Shown: positions 8,495 through 18,502 of the stretch, piece by piece
Position numbering within the stretch: the first letter of the stretch is position 1
How the letters are laid out: every line of letters starts with the position of its first letter
Assembly: GCA_963829525.1 (NCBI GenBank)
Contig: CAWHIJ010000003.1
Coordinates: forward strand, 2,208,001-2,272,000
Source of the DNA: an uncultured Actinomycetota bacterium
Lineage (GTDB): Bacteria > Actinomycetota > Actinomycetes > JAHEKZ01
Reading direction: 5' to 3'
DNA: 64,000 bases
Program-made: the position numbers and the translations under genes
Notes under the pieces: model-generated
The model's database searches: none
Told to the model about the DNA's origin: nothing
Seen by the model: the letters and a program-made list of their open reading frames with translations, nothing else

Positions 8495-9031
8495 TCAGCC
8501 TGCCGCAGCCCAACTGGGTCGGAAGAACCGAGCGAGCGTTGCACCGCAGGCCACCGCAAGGTCCTCGTCAACGTCGTCGAACGGGCGCCCGTCCTCCCGG
8601 GCCACCCAGAACTCCCCCAAGGCTCGGCCCTCGAGGCGTATGGGGGCGCCCAGGCAGTCGGTACGCCGCTGCGCTGTGAGCAGCTCGCGATACTCCTGGG
8701 GGCAGTCCGGATCGCGCAACGTCGAGCGGTACGCGCCACCGCGAGCCAGGTGTTGAGTGGTGAACGGGAAGTCGGAGAAAGGGTAGAACTCCGACTGAGG
8801 AGTGGGCACCTCCCCCGGCGTGAGCTGACCGACGTTGGAAAGCGTTTGGTATCGCAAGTGCCCGTAGTCCATCAGGTTGACGGCCGCGGCCGAACCCTCG
8901 AAGAGCTGCCGCAGGTACTCAGCCGCGACGTCGGGGCACCGCTGGGGCGTGACCTCGTTCAAGGCGTGGCGAAAGCTCACGATGACGTCGATGACGTCGC
9001 GACTGCCCCTGGGTACCGATGCACCAATCAC
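8495..9031 (-). CDS. Stand-alone GAF domain protein
   Basis: GAF-like C-terminal CLGAPIRLEGRALGEFWVAREDGRPFDDVD; shares YPxSDFPxT with the GAF of 1530-2843. Confidence 0.6.
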   Translation of the reverse strand: MIGASVPRGSRDVIDVIVSFRHALNEVTPQRCPDVAAEYLRQLFEGSAAAVNLMDYGHLRYQTLSNVGQLTPGEVPTPQSEFYPFSDFPFTTQHLARGGAYRSTLRDPDCPQEYRELLTAQRRTDCLGAPIRLEGRALGEFWVAREDGRPFDDVDEDLAVACGATLARFFRPSWAAAG

Positions 9032-9110
9032 AACAGACGATGATCAGCCCTAGTGCGAGCGTCATCTACCGCCACATGGGTGACGCATGAAAAAAACTGG
9101 TCCAGACCGA

Positions 9111-10604
9111 TCAGGCGTTCTGCGGGAACCCCAGGTTGATACCACCGTGGCTGGGGTCTAGCCACCTGCTGGTGACAACCTTTCCTCGGGTGTAGAAGTG
9201 CACACCCTCCATGCCATGGGCGTGGGTGTCACCGAAGAGCGAGTTCTTCCACCCACCGAACGAGTAGTAGGCCATCGGTACTGGGATCGGCACGTTGATG
9301 CCAACCATGCCGACCTCCACCTCGTTCTGAAAGCGGCGAGCCGCGCCACCATCGTTGGTGAAGATCGCAGTTCCGTTGCCGTACGGGTGGTCGTTGATCA
9401 GTTTCAAACCTTCGTCGTAGGAGTGGACACGAAGAACCGAGAGGACGGGGCCAAAAATCTCATCGCGGTAGATGCTCATGTCGGGCGTGACGTTGTCGAA
9501 GAGAGTCGGGCCGAGCCAGAAGCCGTTCGGGTCACCGTCGGGCTCCACGTCGCGCCCGTCCACAACAAGCGTTGCCCCTTCATCGACGCCGGCGGCAACA
9601 TAACCGACAACCTTGTCGCGGTGCTGCCCGGTGACCAAGGGCCCCATGTCGGAACCGCGACGGCCGTCGCCGGTTCGAAGGGTTACCATCCGCTGCTTGA
9701 TCTTGGTGACGAGCTCATCGGCGACACTCTCGACGGCGATGAGAGCCGAGATCGCCATGCATCGCTCACCAGCAGAACCGAACCCGGCGTTGATCGCCTG
9801 GTCAGCGGCGAGGTCGAGGTCGGCGTCCGGCAGAACCAGCATATGGTTCTTAGCGCCGCCAAGGGCCTGGACGCGCTTGCCGTTCTTGGTGCCGTTCTCG
9901 TAGACGTAGTGAGCGATCGGCGTGGACCCGACAAATGAGAGTGCCTTGACGTCTGGGTGGTCGAGCAGCCGGTCGACGGCGACCTTGTCTCCGTGCACGA
10001 CGTTGAAGACACCGGCGGGAAGCCCCGCCTCAGCCCACAGCTCAGCGATGTAGTTGGCCGCAGACGGGTCCTTCTCGCTCGGCTTGACGATGACGGCGTT
10101 CCCGGCGGCTATGGCGATGGGGAAGAACCACATCGGAACCATGGCAGGGAAGTTGAACGGCGAGATGATGCCGACGACTCCCAGCGGCTGCCGGATCGAG
10201 TAGACGTCGACGCGCGTTGAGACGCTCTCGGAGAACCCACCCTTGAGCAGGTGCGGGATCCCGCAGGCGAACTCCACGACCTCCTGACCGCGGGTCACCT
10301 CGCCGAGGGCGTCAGAGAGCACCTTGCCGTGCTCGGCGGTGATCAGCTCGGCAATCTCGCCCTTACGCGCGTCAAGCAACTCGCGGAACTTGAACAGCAC
10401 CTGACTGCGCTTGGTCAGCGACGCGTGGCGCCACTCACTGAAGGCCGCCGAGGCAGCGGCCACCGCCTCATCGACCAGGGCGATATCGGCAAAGTCGACC
10501 TTCCCGGAAACCTGTCCAGTCGCCGGGTCGAAGATGTCGCCTTGCCGGTCGGCGACCCCGCCGAATGCTTTGCCGTCGATCCAGTGGGTCACGTGCTTGC
10601 TCAT
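9111..10604 (-). CDS. mmsA: CoA-acylating (methyl)malonate-semialdehyde dehydrogenase
   Basis: PFNFPAMVP, KPSE, SFVGST, GGAKNH, AGERCMA, EIFGPV. Confidence 0.92.
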   Translation of the reverse strand: MSKHVTHWIDGKAFGGVADRQGDIFDPATGQVSGKVDFADIALVDEAVAAASAAFSEWRHASLTKRSQVLFKFRELLDARKGEIAELITAEHGKVLSDALGEVTRGQEVVEFACGIPHLLKGGFSESVSTRVDVYSIRQPLGVVGIISPFNFPAMVPMWFFPIAIAAGNAVIVKPSEKDPSAANYIAELWAEAGLPAGVFNVVHGDKVAVDRLLDHPDVKALSFVGSTPIAHYVYENGTKNGKRVQALGGAKNHMLVLPDADLDLAADQAINAGFGSAGERCMAISALIAVESVADELVTKIKQRMVTLRTGDGRRGSDMGPLVTGQHRDKVVGYVAAGVDEGATLVVDGRDVEPDGDPNGFWLGPTLFDNVTPDMSIYRDEIFGPVLSVLRVHSYDEGLKLINDHPYGNGTAIFTNDGGAARRFQNEVEVGMVGINVPIPVPMAYYSFGGWKNSLFGDTHAHGMEGVHFYTRGKVVTSRWLDPSHGGINLGFPQNA

Positions 10605-10696
10605 GAAGGGAGCCTCTCGCGAGAGCGGGATGAAAGGTGAAAGCCTGCGCCAGAGTGTCGGGCTACTGATGCGGTCACTTACATACTGTAATCACT

Positions 10697-12202
10697 CTAG
10701 GAGTCGAAGCCGAGCCCGAGGCGGTCCAGGCTCCGGAGCCAGAGATTACGCCTCCCCTGCTGCTCATCGGCACGGCTGATCGACCATCTCGTGAGCTGGA
10801 TCCCGGCCGACTTCACCGGCTCGGGAGGGAAGGGAATCGGCTTCTTCCGGACCATGGCCAACTCGGTCCGCTCGGTCCGCCGGCCGTGAAGGTGGTCGAG
10901 CATCACTTGAGCTCCGAACCGGGTAGCCCCCACGCCTAAGCCGGTGTAGCCAAGGACGTACGACACCTTTGCGCCGTACGCCTGGCCCCATAGCGCGCAG
11001 AATCGCGTCGATGTGTCGATGGCACCGCCCCAGGTATGAGTGAAGCGGAGACCCTCCAACTGAGGGAAGGTCGTGAAGAAATGCTCGGCCAGCGTCACGA
11101 ACGACTCCGGACGCTGCGCGAGATCTTCACTCATTCCGTTGCCGTAGTGGTAGATCGCGTCGTAGCCGCCCCACAAGATCCGGTTGTCGGCGCTGAGCCG
11201 GTAGTAGTGGAACTGGTTGCCGGCATCGCCGATCCCCTGACGGCGATCCCATCCGATCGAAGCTAGCTGGTCGGAGCTGAGCGGTTCGGTCATGAGCACG
11301 TAGTCCCAGACCGGGATCACGTAGGAACGGGCCCGTTTGACCAAGTTGGGGAAGATGTTGGTCGCCAGCGCCACCTTCGGCGCCTGCACCTGCCCGTAGC
11401 CGGTCTTGGCGACCATCTGGCCGCCTTCTTCGTCGAGACTGACGACTTTGCTGCGTTCGAAGATGCGCACGCCAAGATTTTCAGCCGCTGCAGCCAAGCC
11501 CCATGAGAGCCGGCCAGGATTGACCAGGGCAGTGCCGTCGGGTTCGTGGAGTCCACCGAGGTAGGTGGGCGAGTGAACCTCCGCCCTCATCCGGTCGCCG
11601 TCCCAGAGCTCGATGTCGACGCCGTACTCCTTGCCCTGTTCGACATAATGACCCAGTTCGTCGACCTGCCACTGCTCGTAGGCTGCCGTCAACTCACCAT
11701 TACGTTCCCACTGCGCATCGATTCCGTAGCGAGCGATCGTCTCCTCGATCGCATCCAGGTTCTGATCCCCCAACCGCAACAGCGTGGGTAGCTCGTCAGC
11801 GAACCGATCGGCGCCGTTGGGCAGACCGTGGGTAAGGCTGGACGACACGAACCCACCGTTGCGCCCGGTCGCGGCCCAGCCGATCCGCTCGCCCTCGAGA
11901 AGGACGACATCAAGGGAAGGGTCCTCCTCTTTGGCTAACAGCGCCGCCCACAGACCGCTGAACCCGCCTCCAACCACCAGAAGGTCGCAGCGCAGATGCT
12001 CGATCAGCTGGGCACGCGGCTCGGGGGCACTGGGGTCGTCAAGCCAGAACGACTTTGGCTCGGCATCACGCAGTGACATCCGAATGCTGGTGGGACTTAC
12101 CGGGACCTCGGAACCGATTCCAGACACTTTCTCACCTCGGCACCGAGTATGGAGGACAGGGACCTGGAGCGCATCGTCGACCTGGCGGGACAGACGTCTC
12201 AA
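10697..12202 (-). CDS. FAD-dependent oxidoreductase, PuuB/OrdL-like (DAO family)
   Basis: VVGGGFSGLWAA, ATGRNGG, GYTGLGVG; downstream of pot genes; true start may be later. Confidence 0.8.
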   Translation of the reverse strand: MRRLSRQVDDALQVPVLHTRCRGEKVSGIGSEVPVSPTSIRMSLRDAEPKSFWLDDPSAPEPRAQLIEHLRCDLLVVGGGFSGLWAALLAKEEDPSLDVVLLEGERIGWAATGRNGGFVSSSLTHGLPNGADRFADELPTLLRLGDQNLDAIEETIARYGIDAQWERNGELTAAYEQWQVDELGHYVEQGKEYGVDIELWDGDRMRAEVHSPTYLGGLHEPDGTALVNPGRLSWGLAAAAENLGVRIFERSKVVSLDEEGGQMVAKTGYGQVQAPKVALATNIFPNLVKRARSYVIPVWDYVLMTEPLSSDQLASIGWDRRQGIGDAGNQFHYYRLSADNRILWGGYDAIYHYGNGMSEDLAQRPESFVTLAEHFFTTFPQLEGLRFTHTWGGAIDTSTRFCALWGQAYGAKVSYVLGYTGLGVGATRFGAQVMLDHLHGRRTERTELAMVRKKPIPFPPEPVKSAGIQLTRWSISRADEQQGRRNLWLRSLDRLGLGFDS

Positions 12203-13080
12203 GATCGGTTCTTGCGGACTCCCCTGATCACCTCGGGCACCAGGACCACCACCAGAGCGATCGCGAACATGATCGCGCCGACGACGTTCGCCTCAGGTGG
12301 GATCCCACGGCCGGCCGCTCCCCAGATGTACATCGGGAACGTTACCGTCTGGCCGCTGGTGAAGTTCGTGATCACGAAGTCGTCGAACGAGAGGGAGAAG
12401 GCCAGCATGGCTCCGGCGACGATGCCGGGCAGCACAAGCGGGAAGGTCACTTTTCGGAACGTGGTCTTCTCGTCCGCGTAGAGGTCCATGGCTGCCTGTT
12501 CCAGACGCGAGTCGAGCCCGGCAATGCGCGCTTTGACTGTCACGACGACGAAGCTGATGCAGAACATGATGTGGGCGATGATGATGGTGATTCGACCGAG
12601 ACTTCCCTCTTGCTGCGCCGCGACGAAGAGGGTCAAAAGCGACGACCCCATGACGACTTCGGGTGTAGCCATCGGCATGAAGATCAGCAGGTTGGTCCCG
12701 CCGCGACCCCGGAAGTTGTGGCGCCCGATCGCAAACGCGATCAACGTGCCCAGCAGAGTCGCAACGATAGTACTGACGAGCGCGATCTCAATGCTGATGG
12801 TCAGGGCGGCGGTGATCTCAGCGTCACTCCAGACATTTAGCCAAGCAGACGTTGAGAACTCGTTCCACACGTAGTTGTACTTGCCGGCCGGGTTGTTGAA
12901 AGAGAAGAGAACTACGACAAACACCGGGATGAACATGAAGAGCAGGGCAAAGGCAGCGAAGAACTGCACGAGGTGCAGCCGCACCCAGCGGAAGCCACGA
13001 GTAGCCAGGCCCGGCTCGCGGTAGGGCGGAAGCTCGGCGAGCGCCTTTTCGCGCCGCTCCTCAATGGTTACTGTCGACAT
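12199..13080 (-). CDS. potC: Polyamine ABC transporter permease (PotC-like)
   Basis: EAA loop LEQAAMDLYA; SFDDFVIT. Confidence 0.85.
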   Translation of the reverse strand: MSTVTIEERREKALAELPPYREPGLATRGFRWVRLHLVQFFAAFALLFMFIPVFVVVLFSFNNPAGKYNYVWNEFSTSAWLNVWSDAEITAALTISIEIALVSTIVATLLGTLIAFAIGRHNFRGRGGTNLLIFMPMATPEVVMGSSLLTLFVAAQQEGSLGRITIIIAHIMFCISFVVVTVKARIAGLDSRLEQAAMDLYADEKTTFRKVTFPLVLPGIVAGAMLAFSLSFDDFVITNFTSGQTVTFPMYIWGAAGRGIPPEANVVGAIMFAIALVVVLVPEVIRGVRKNRS

Positions 13081-14075
13081 CAGACGAGCTCCTCAGTTCC
13101 AGCGCGACGGACGTAGACCGCGACCATCGCCACGATGACGAACATGAGCAGCGTCGAGAGCGCTGCCGCCAAGGGGTAGTTGCCCGTTGTCTTGAACTGG
13201 GCATCGATGGCGTTGCCCATCATCGCATCGCCAGCCGAGCCGAGGAGAGCAGCGTTCACTGGGTCACCGGCGGCCGGAATGAACGTCAGCAGAGTTCCGG
13301 CGACCACTCCGGGGAGTGAGAGCGGGAAGGTGACCTTCCGGAAGGCGGTCCACGCAGATGAGTAGAGATCGGTGGCTGCCTCGATCAGGCGGACATCGAT
13401 CCGCTCCAGACTCGCATAGAGCGGCAGCGTCATGAAGGGCAAGAAGTTGTAGGCCAGGCCAACAATGACGGCGAACGGCGTCGCCAAAACTCGATTCGGG
13501 TCGGTGATTCCGTCCGGAAAGATCTGCGTCCAACTCGGCCATGAGTCGGGAATGTTCGTCACCGTATGCAGGAAGTTGAGCAGACCGATGTTCTCCATGA
13601 AGGTCACGACCACGCCGTCATCAACCAAGATCGTTTGCCACGCGTTCGTCCTCAACAGGAAGCTGGTGAAGAAGGGAGCAATCACCAGGACCAGTAGGAA
13701 GTTCTTCCATCGGCCCGACTTGAAGGCGATGGTGTAGGCGAGGGGATAGGCGATCAAGAGCGTGAGAACTGTCGCGATGAAGGCGTAGATCAGCGACTTC
13801 TGGAACACCGGCTTGTCAACCACATACTGGGTCCACGCGTCACTGTAGTTCGAGAACTGCCAGTCGAAGGTGAAAGAACCGTCGCCGCTGAACGCCGTGC
13901 CCGATGACAGCGACATCTTGAGGAGCACGAGAGTGGGCACGATGAAGAAAACCGCCAGCCACAGCATTCCCGGCGTAAGCAGCGCGTAGGGGGTCCAGCT
14001 GTGACCCCCCACTGGCCGAGCAGTGTCATCGGCTGGGGCCTTGGTGCCGGCGCCAGGTACAGGTGCCGCGCTCAC
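13080..14075 (-). CDS. potB: Polyamine ABC transporter permease (PotB-like)
   Basis: AYPLAY, LPFMTLPLYASLE, IEAATDLY. Confidence 0.85.
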   Translation of the reverse strand: MSAAPVPGAGTKAPADDTARPVGGHSWTPYALLTPGMLWLAVFFIVPTLVLLKMSLSSGTAFSGDGSFTFDWQFSNYSDAWTQYVVDKPVFQKSLIYAFIATVLTLLIAYPLAYTIAFKSGRWKNFLLVLVIAPFFTSFLLRTNAWQTILVDDGVVVTFMENIGLLNFLHTVTNIPDSWPSWTQIFPDGITDPNRVLATPFAVIVGLAYNFLPFMTLPLYASLERIDVRLIEAATDLYSSAWTAFRKVTFPLSLPGVVAGTLLTFIPAAGDPVNAALLGSAGDAMMGNAIDAQFKTTGNYPLAAALSTLLMFVIVAMVAVYVRRAGTEELV

Positions 14076-15238
14076 TCGTCCCCCTCAACCTTTTCGGCGC
14101 CGGCGTCGGCGTCCTGGGTCGCGTCAAGCGCGAAGGTGTGCGCCGGGTTCCAGTGCAGCACCACATCGTCACCGGTCGAAAGAGGGCCCTCAGTAGACAT
14201 GTTCTGCGAGAAGACTCCCACTTCCTGCCCCCAGGACAGCTTGACGAGGTACTGAGTCGACACGCCGATGTAGCTGGCGTCAGTGACCACCCCGGTGACA
14301 GCATTCTCGCCTTCGGTCGGAGTGCCGCTACGGCTGATCTGCATCTTCTCCGGCCGCACCCCCACCCACACTTCGTCACGATCGGAGTGCACCCGTGCGG
14401 TCGGCATAGCCATGCGTTGGCCCTGGACCTCAAGGAGAGCGTCGCCGCCGCTCTTGCCGGTGAGCTGGCCTCTAATGAGGTTCGACTGACCGAGGAAGTT
14501 GGCGACGAAAGTTGTGACCGGGTTCTCGTAGAGCTCCATGGGCGCGCCCATCTGCTCGATCCGTCCGGCGTTCATGACCGCAATGGTGTCGGCCATCGTC
14601 ATGGCCTCTTCCTGGTCGTGGGTGACGTGGACGAAGGTGATACCGACGTCAGTCTGGATGCGCTTGAGCTCAATCTGCATCTGACGGCGAAGCTTGAGGT
14701 CAAGGGCCCCAAGTGGCTCGTCAAGCAGGAGAACCTCCGGCTTGTTGATCAGAGCCCTCGCAACGGCAACTCGCTGCTGTTGACCACCGGATAGCTGAGT
14801 GGGTTTGCGCCTGGCATAGCTGGAGAGCTCGACGAGCTCGAGCATCGCCTCGACCTCGTTGCGCACGTCTTTCTTCTTGGACCTCCGCAGCCCGAACGCG
14901 ACGTTCTCAAAGATGTCCAGGTGCGGGAAGAGCGCGTACGACTGAAAGACTGTGTTCACCGGCCGCTGGTACGGCTTGCGGTGGGTGACGTCCTCAGCAC
15001 CTATGACGATCCGACCCTCGCTCGGCTCTTCAAGCCCGGCGACCATCCGCAGCGTGGTTGTCTTCCCACACCCCGATGGCCCCAGAAGGGCGAAGAACGA
15101 CCCCGAAGGGATCGTGAGCGTCAGGTCGTCGACAGCCTTGAAGCTGCCGAAGCGCTTCGTGACATCGACGATATGAAGGTCGGCACCGCCCCCGGTCGAG
15201 GTGGATTCGGCAGCTGGGGAGGGGGTCTGTTCGCTCAT
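14072..15238 (-). CDS. potA: Polyamine ABC transporter ATP-binding protein
   Basis: GPSGCGKTT, LSGGQQQR, LLLDEP, TOBE-like C-terminus; ATG at 15238 with AGGA upstream. Confidence 0.88.
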   Translation of the reverse strand: MSEQTPSPAAESTSTGGGADLHIVDVTKRFGSFKAVDDLTLTIPSGSFFALLGPSGCGKTTTLRMVAGLEEPSEGRIVIGAEDVTHRKPYQRPVNTVFQSYALFPHLDIFENVAFGLRRSKKKDVRNEVEAMLELVELSSYARRKPTQLSGGQQQRVAVARALINKPEVLLLDEPLGALDLKLRRQMQIELKRIQTDVGITFVHVTHDQEEAMTMADTIAVMNAGRIEQMGAPMELYENPVTTFVANFLGQSNLIRGQLTGKSGGDALLEVQGQRMAMPTARVHSDRDEVWVGVRPEKMQISRSGTPTEGENAVTGVVTDASYIGVSTQYLVKLSWGQEVGVFSQNMSTEGPLSTGDDVVLHWNPAHTFALDATQDADAGAEKVEGDE

Positions 15239-15290
15239 CGGTCCTGACTCGTGGGCTGGTATGGGTCGCGGGCGGGTGGCGGTGATTATC

Positions 15291-15346
15291 TCGGGTGCGC
15301 CCTTGCCACAGAGCACAAGGGCTCAGTGTGGCAAGGGCGCACCCGA
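15291..15346. repeat. Perfect 20-bp inverted repeat between potD and potA
   Basis: TCGGGTGCGCCCTTGCCACA (15291-15310) ... TGTGGCAAGGGCGCACCCGA (15327-15346). Confidence 0.85.
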
Positions 15347-15362
15347 AAAGATAGTCCTTCGA

Positions 15363-16559
15363 TCAGACCGCGATGGCCTGGAACTCCTGGGCGTACTGCG
15401 TCTCTTCTTCGTCGTTGAGGGCCTTGAAGATCGCCAACATGCCGAGCTCTTTGTCGGACGGGAAGATCAACGGGTTCGCAGCGAGCTTCGGGTCCGTCTT
15501 GGCCAGCTCCTCCTGGGCGCCCACAACCGGGCAGATGTAGTTCACCCACGCAGCCAGCTCAGCGGCCACCTTGGGGTTGTAGTAGTAGTTCATCCATGCC
15601 TCGGCGTTCGCCTTGTGTTGGGCATTGATCGGGATGAGCATGTTGTCTGACCAGAGCATCCCACCTGCCTCGGGGATGACGAACTTGATGTTTGGGTTAT
15701 CGAACTGCAGCTGGATGACGTCGCCGGACCAAGCCATGCAGGCGGCAATCGTTCCCTGGGCCAGAAGCTGGGCGTAGTTGTTGCCGGTGAACTGCCGGAT
15801 CTGGCCGGAGTCCTTCGCGGCACTCAGTGCGTCGAGCGCCGATGCCCACTCGTCCTCGGTGAAGTCGGCCGGGTCAGCACCCTGGTCGAGCAGGATCAGC
15901 CCCATCGTGTCCCGCATTTCCTTCAGCACGGTGATGGCCCCGTTGAGGTCGGGGTTGGTGAGCAGGTCAGTGATCGAGCCGACCTCGCCGGTGACGCTGG
16001 CGTCGTAGGCGATCCCAGTGACGCCAGACTGCCACGGCAACGAGTAGTCCCGGTTCGGGTCGAAGGTCGGCTCCTTCAGCGCTGGGCTGAGGTTGTCGAT
16101 GTTCGGGATGTTCGCCTTGTCGATCTGCTCCAGCCAGGTCAAGTTGATCAACTTGGAGGCCATCCAGTCGGTGAGGACGAACGAGTCGACGCCAACATCC
16201 TTGTCAGCTGCCAGGATCGGCCTGATCTTGGCGAAGTACTCCTCGTTGTCGTTGACCGGCTCGCTGTAGTTGACCTTGATACCGGTCTGATCCTGGAAGC
16301 CCTCGAGCGTTGGGTAGACCTTCTCGCCATTGACCCGCTTGGTGTCGATGTAGAGCGGCCAGTTGGCGAAGTTGAGGATCTTCTCGTCGCTGGCACCGGT
16401 GTCCGAGGTGCCGCCGCTGTCGCTGCCGCAAGCTGCGAGAAGGCTAGCACCGGCTGCGGCAGCACCCGTGGCTCCCACCCCGCGCAGGAAGCCGCGACGG
16501 GACAGACCCGTGTTACGAACGCCCGATACCGGGCTGGAGATTGGGTTCAGGTCAGTCAT
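15363..16559 (-). CDS. potD: Polyamine ABC transporter substrate-binding lipoprotein (Tat-exported)
   Basis: SRRGFL twin-arginine motif, LAAC lipobox, ANWPLYID, WSGD, WSDNM. Confidence 0.85.
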   Translation of the reverse strand: MTDLNPISSPVSGVRNTGLSRRGFLRGVGATGAAAAGASLLAACGSDSGGTSDTGASDEKILNFANWPLYIDTKRVNGEKVYPTLEGFQDQTGIKVNYSEPVNDNEEYFAKIRPILAADKDVGVDSFVLTDWMASKLINLTWLEQIDKANIPNIDNLSPALKEPTFDPNRDYSLPWQSGVTGIAYDASVTGEVGSITDLLTNPDLNGAITVLKEMRDTMGLILLDQGADPADFTEDEWASALDALSAAKDSGQIRQFTGNNYAQLLAQGTIAACMAWSGDVIQLQFDNPNIKFVIPEAGGMLWSDNMLIPINAQHKANAEAWMNYYYNPKVAAELAAWVNYICPVVGAQEELAKTDPKLAANPLIFPSDKELGMLAIFKALNDEEETQYAQEFQAIAV

Positions 16560-16615
16560 GCTGGCATTTCCTCCGCGATGGTTGTGAATGAGTGCGAATC
16601 CCCTCGATTCGCCGG

Positions 16616-18103
16616 TCACCGGGATCTGAAGATGGTCCGGTGCCAGTCTTTGCGTACGACCGCGGTGCGGTCGTACATGACGTGCTTGACGTTCGTGTAC
16701 TCATCAAATGAGTACTGGCTCATGTCCTTGCCGAAGCCAGACTGCTTGTAACCGCCGTGTGGCATCTCGCTGATGATCGGGATGTGATCGTTGACCCAGA
16801 CGCATCCCGAGCGAATCTCGGCCGTCGCCCGCAACGACCGGAAGACGTCCCGCGTCCAGACCGAGGCGGCGAGCCCGAACGGAGTGTCGTTGGCCAGGCG
16901 GAGCCCTTCGTCATCATCGTCGAAGGGCAAGACGACGAGAACGGGACCGAAGAGCTCCTCCTGCACGATCTCGGAGTCCTGCGCGGCATCGATGACGAGC
17001 GTCGGTTCGTAGTACGAGCCCTTGGCAAGTTCACCACCTGGGATTTGACCACCGGTGACGATCTTGGCTCCATAGCCGCGCGCCCGCTCCACGTAGCCGG
17101 CCACGCTCTCCTGCTGTTTCCACGAGATCAGCGGCCCCTGGTCGGTGGCCGGGTCAGCGGTCGGGCCTAGTCGCACCTGCGACATCACATCAGCGACCCC
17201 TTGCACGAAAGCGTCGTAGAGCGGCCGCTGTACGTACGCCCGAGTCGCCGCCGTGCAGTCCTGCCCGGAGTTGATCAAGGACCCGGCAACAGCTCCGTGG
17301 ATCGCAGCGTCGAGGTCAGCGTCATCAAACACCACGAATGGCGCCTTGCCACCCAGCTCGAGATGGACGCGCTTGACGGTCTCTGAGGCGGTCTTCATCA
17401 CCTGCTGCCCTACTGGAGTGGAGCCGGTGAACGACACCATCGACACATCAGGGTGCGCCATGAGGTGATGACCGGCGACCGACCCGCGTCCGGTGATGAC
17501 GTTGATGACCCCTGCGGGAATCCCGGCCTCGTGCGCGGCCTCTGCGAACATCACTGAGGTCAGCGGGGTCATTTCAGCCGGTTTGAGAACGATTGTGTTG
17601 CCAGCAGCGATCGCCGGCAGGATCTTCCATCCCGCCATCTGAAGCGGGTAGTTCCACGGGGCTATAGAGCCGACCACGCCGATCGGCTCACGTCGGATGA
17701 TGGAGGTGTGGTCGCCGCTGTACTCCCCTGCCGCACGCCCTTCAAGGTTTCGGGCGGCCCCGGCGAAGAAGGCGACGTTGTCGACGGTTCCCGGGACGTC
17801 GAACTCGGTGGCCAGACGGATCGGCTTACCGGCTTGCCGGCTCTCCACCTCGGCGAACTCTGCGGCACGGGAGTTCAAGATCTGGGCGAATGCCACGAGT
17901 GCGTCAGAGCGGGCGCCCGGGGTGGCGCCGGACCAATCAGGAAATGCAGCAGCGGCCGCGGCGACGGCCGTGTCCACGTCCTCGGGTGTCGCCAGGGTGA
18001 CCTGCTGGATGACCTCTCCGTTGCTGGGGTCGACCACGTCGTCGGTCGCGCCCGCCGAGCTCTCGACGGCCTTGCCGCCGATGAAGTGGCTGGCGATCGT
18101 CAT
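16616..18103 (-). CDS. Gamma-aminobutyraldehyde dehydrogenase (copy 1)
   Basis: [38 protein letters not shown]; GGAGGA SD before ATG 18103. Confidence 0.85.
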   Translation of the reverse strand: MTIASHFIGGKAVESSAGATDDVVDPSNGEVIQQVTLATPEDVDTAVAAAAAAFPDWSGATPGARSDALVAFAQILNSRAAEFAEVESRQAGKPIRLATEFDVPGTVDNVAFFAGAARNLEGRAAGEYSGDHTSIIRREPIGVVGSIAPWNYPLQMAGWKILPAIAAGNTIVLKPAEMTPLTSVMFAEAAHEAGIPAGVINVITGRGSVAGHHLMAHPDVSMVSFTGSTPVGQQVMKTASETVKRVHLELGGKAPFVVFDDADLDAAIHGAVAGSLINSGQDCTAATRAYVQRPLYDAFVQGVADVMSQVRLGPTADPATDQGPLISWKQQESVAGYVERARGYGAKIVTGGQIPGGELAKGSYYEPTLVIDAAQDSEIVQEELFGPVLVVLPFDDDDEGLRLANDTPFGLAASVWTRDVFRSLRATAEIRSGCVWVNDHIPIISEMPHGGYKQSGFGKDMSQYSFDEYTNVKHVMYDRTAVVRKDWHRTIFRSR

Positions 18104-18303
18104 CGCGTCCTCCTCGCCTCCGCCGGTTGTCGGAAAGGCCCCAATCAACCGGTGACACTTCGGTCTGACGAGGCCCTCAGCCACGCCATCGCACGCCTCG
18201 CGAGCAACGGTACTTGCTCTTCGGCCTGTCACGACATCTGGCACGGAGTCGATACGCGCTCACCTAGAGCACGAAGGACTGACGACCGATAGCCGCTGAT
18301 CCT

Positions 18304-18365
18304 GACAGACAACCCCGGCCCGCACCAGCGAATCCGTCGGTCTGCCTCACATTCGCGACGAAATC
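18304..18365. promoter_or_regulatory. Putative operator (GAATCCGTCG-N16-CGACGAAATC) upstream of aldehyde dehydrogenase-pot operon
   Basis: Same motif and spacing recur at 20010-20071. Confidence 0.6.
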
Positions 18366-18455
18366 GTGACTTTTGAGCCATCTCGAATGTCGAATCAGGA
18401 GGTTAGACGGGCCGTAGCGGCACTTCCTGCCGCCTGCTCACCCGTTTTGAGCACG

Positions 18456-18488
18456 ACGAAGGCGGGCCCCAAAGGAACCCGCCTTCGT
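18456..18488 (-). terminator. Intrinsic terminator-like hairpin after aldehyde dehydrogenase copy 2
   Basis: ACGAAGGCGGG ... CCCGCCTTCGT 11-bp stem, 15 nt past the stop. Confidence 0.65.
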
Positions 18489-18502
18489 TGAACTCGGGGC
18501 GA

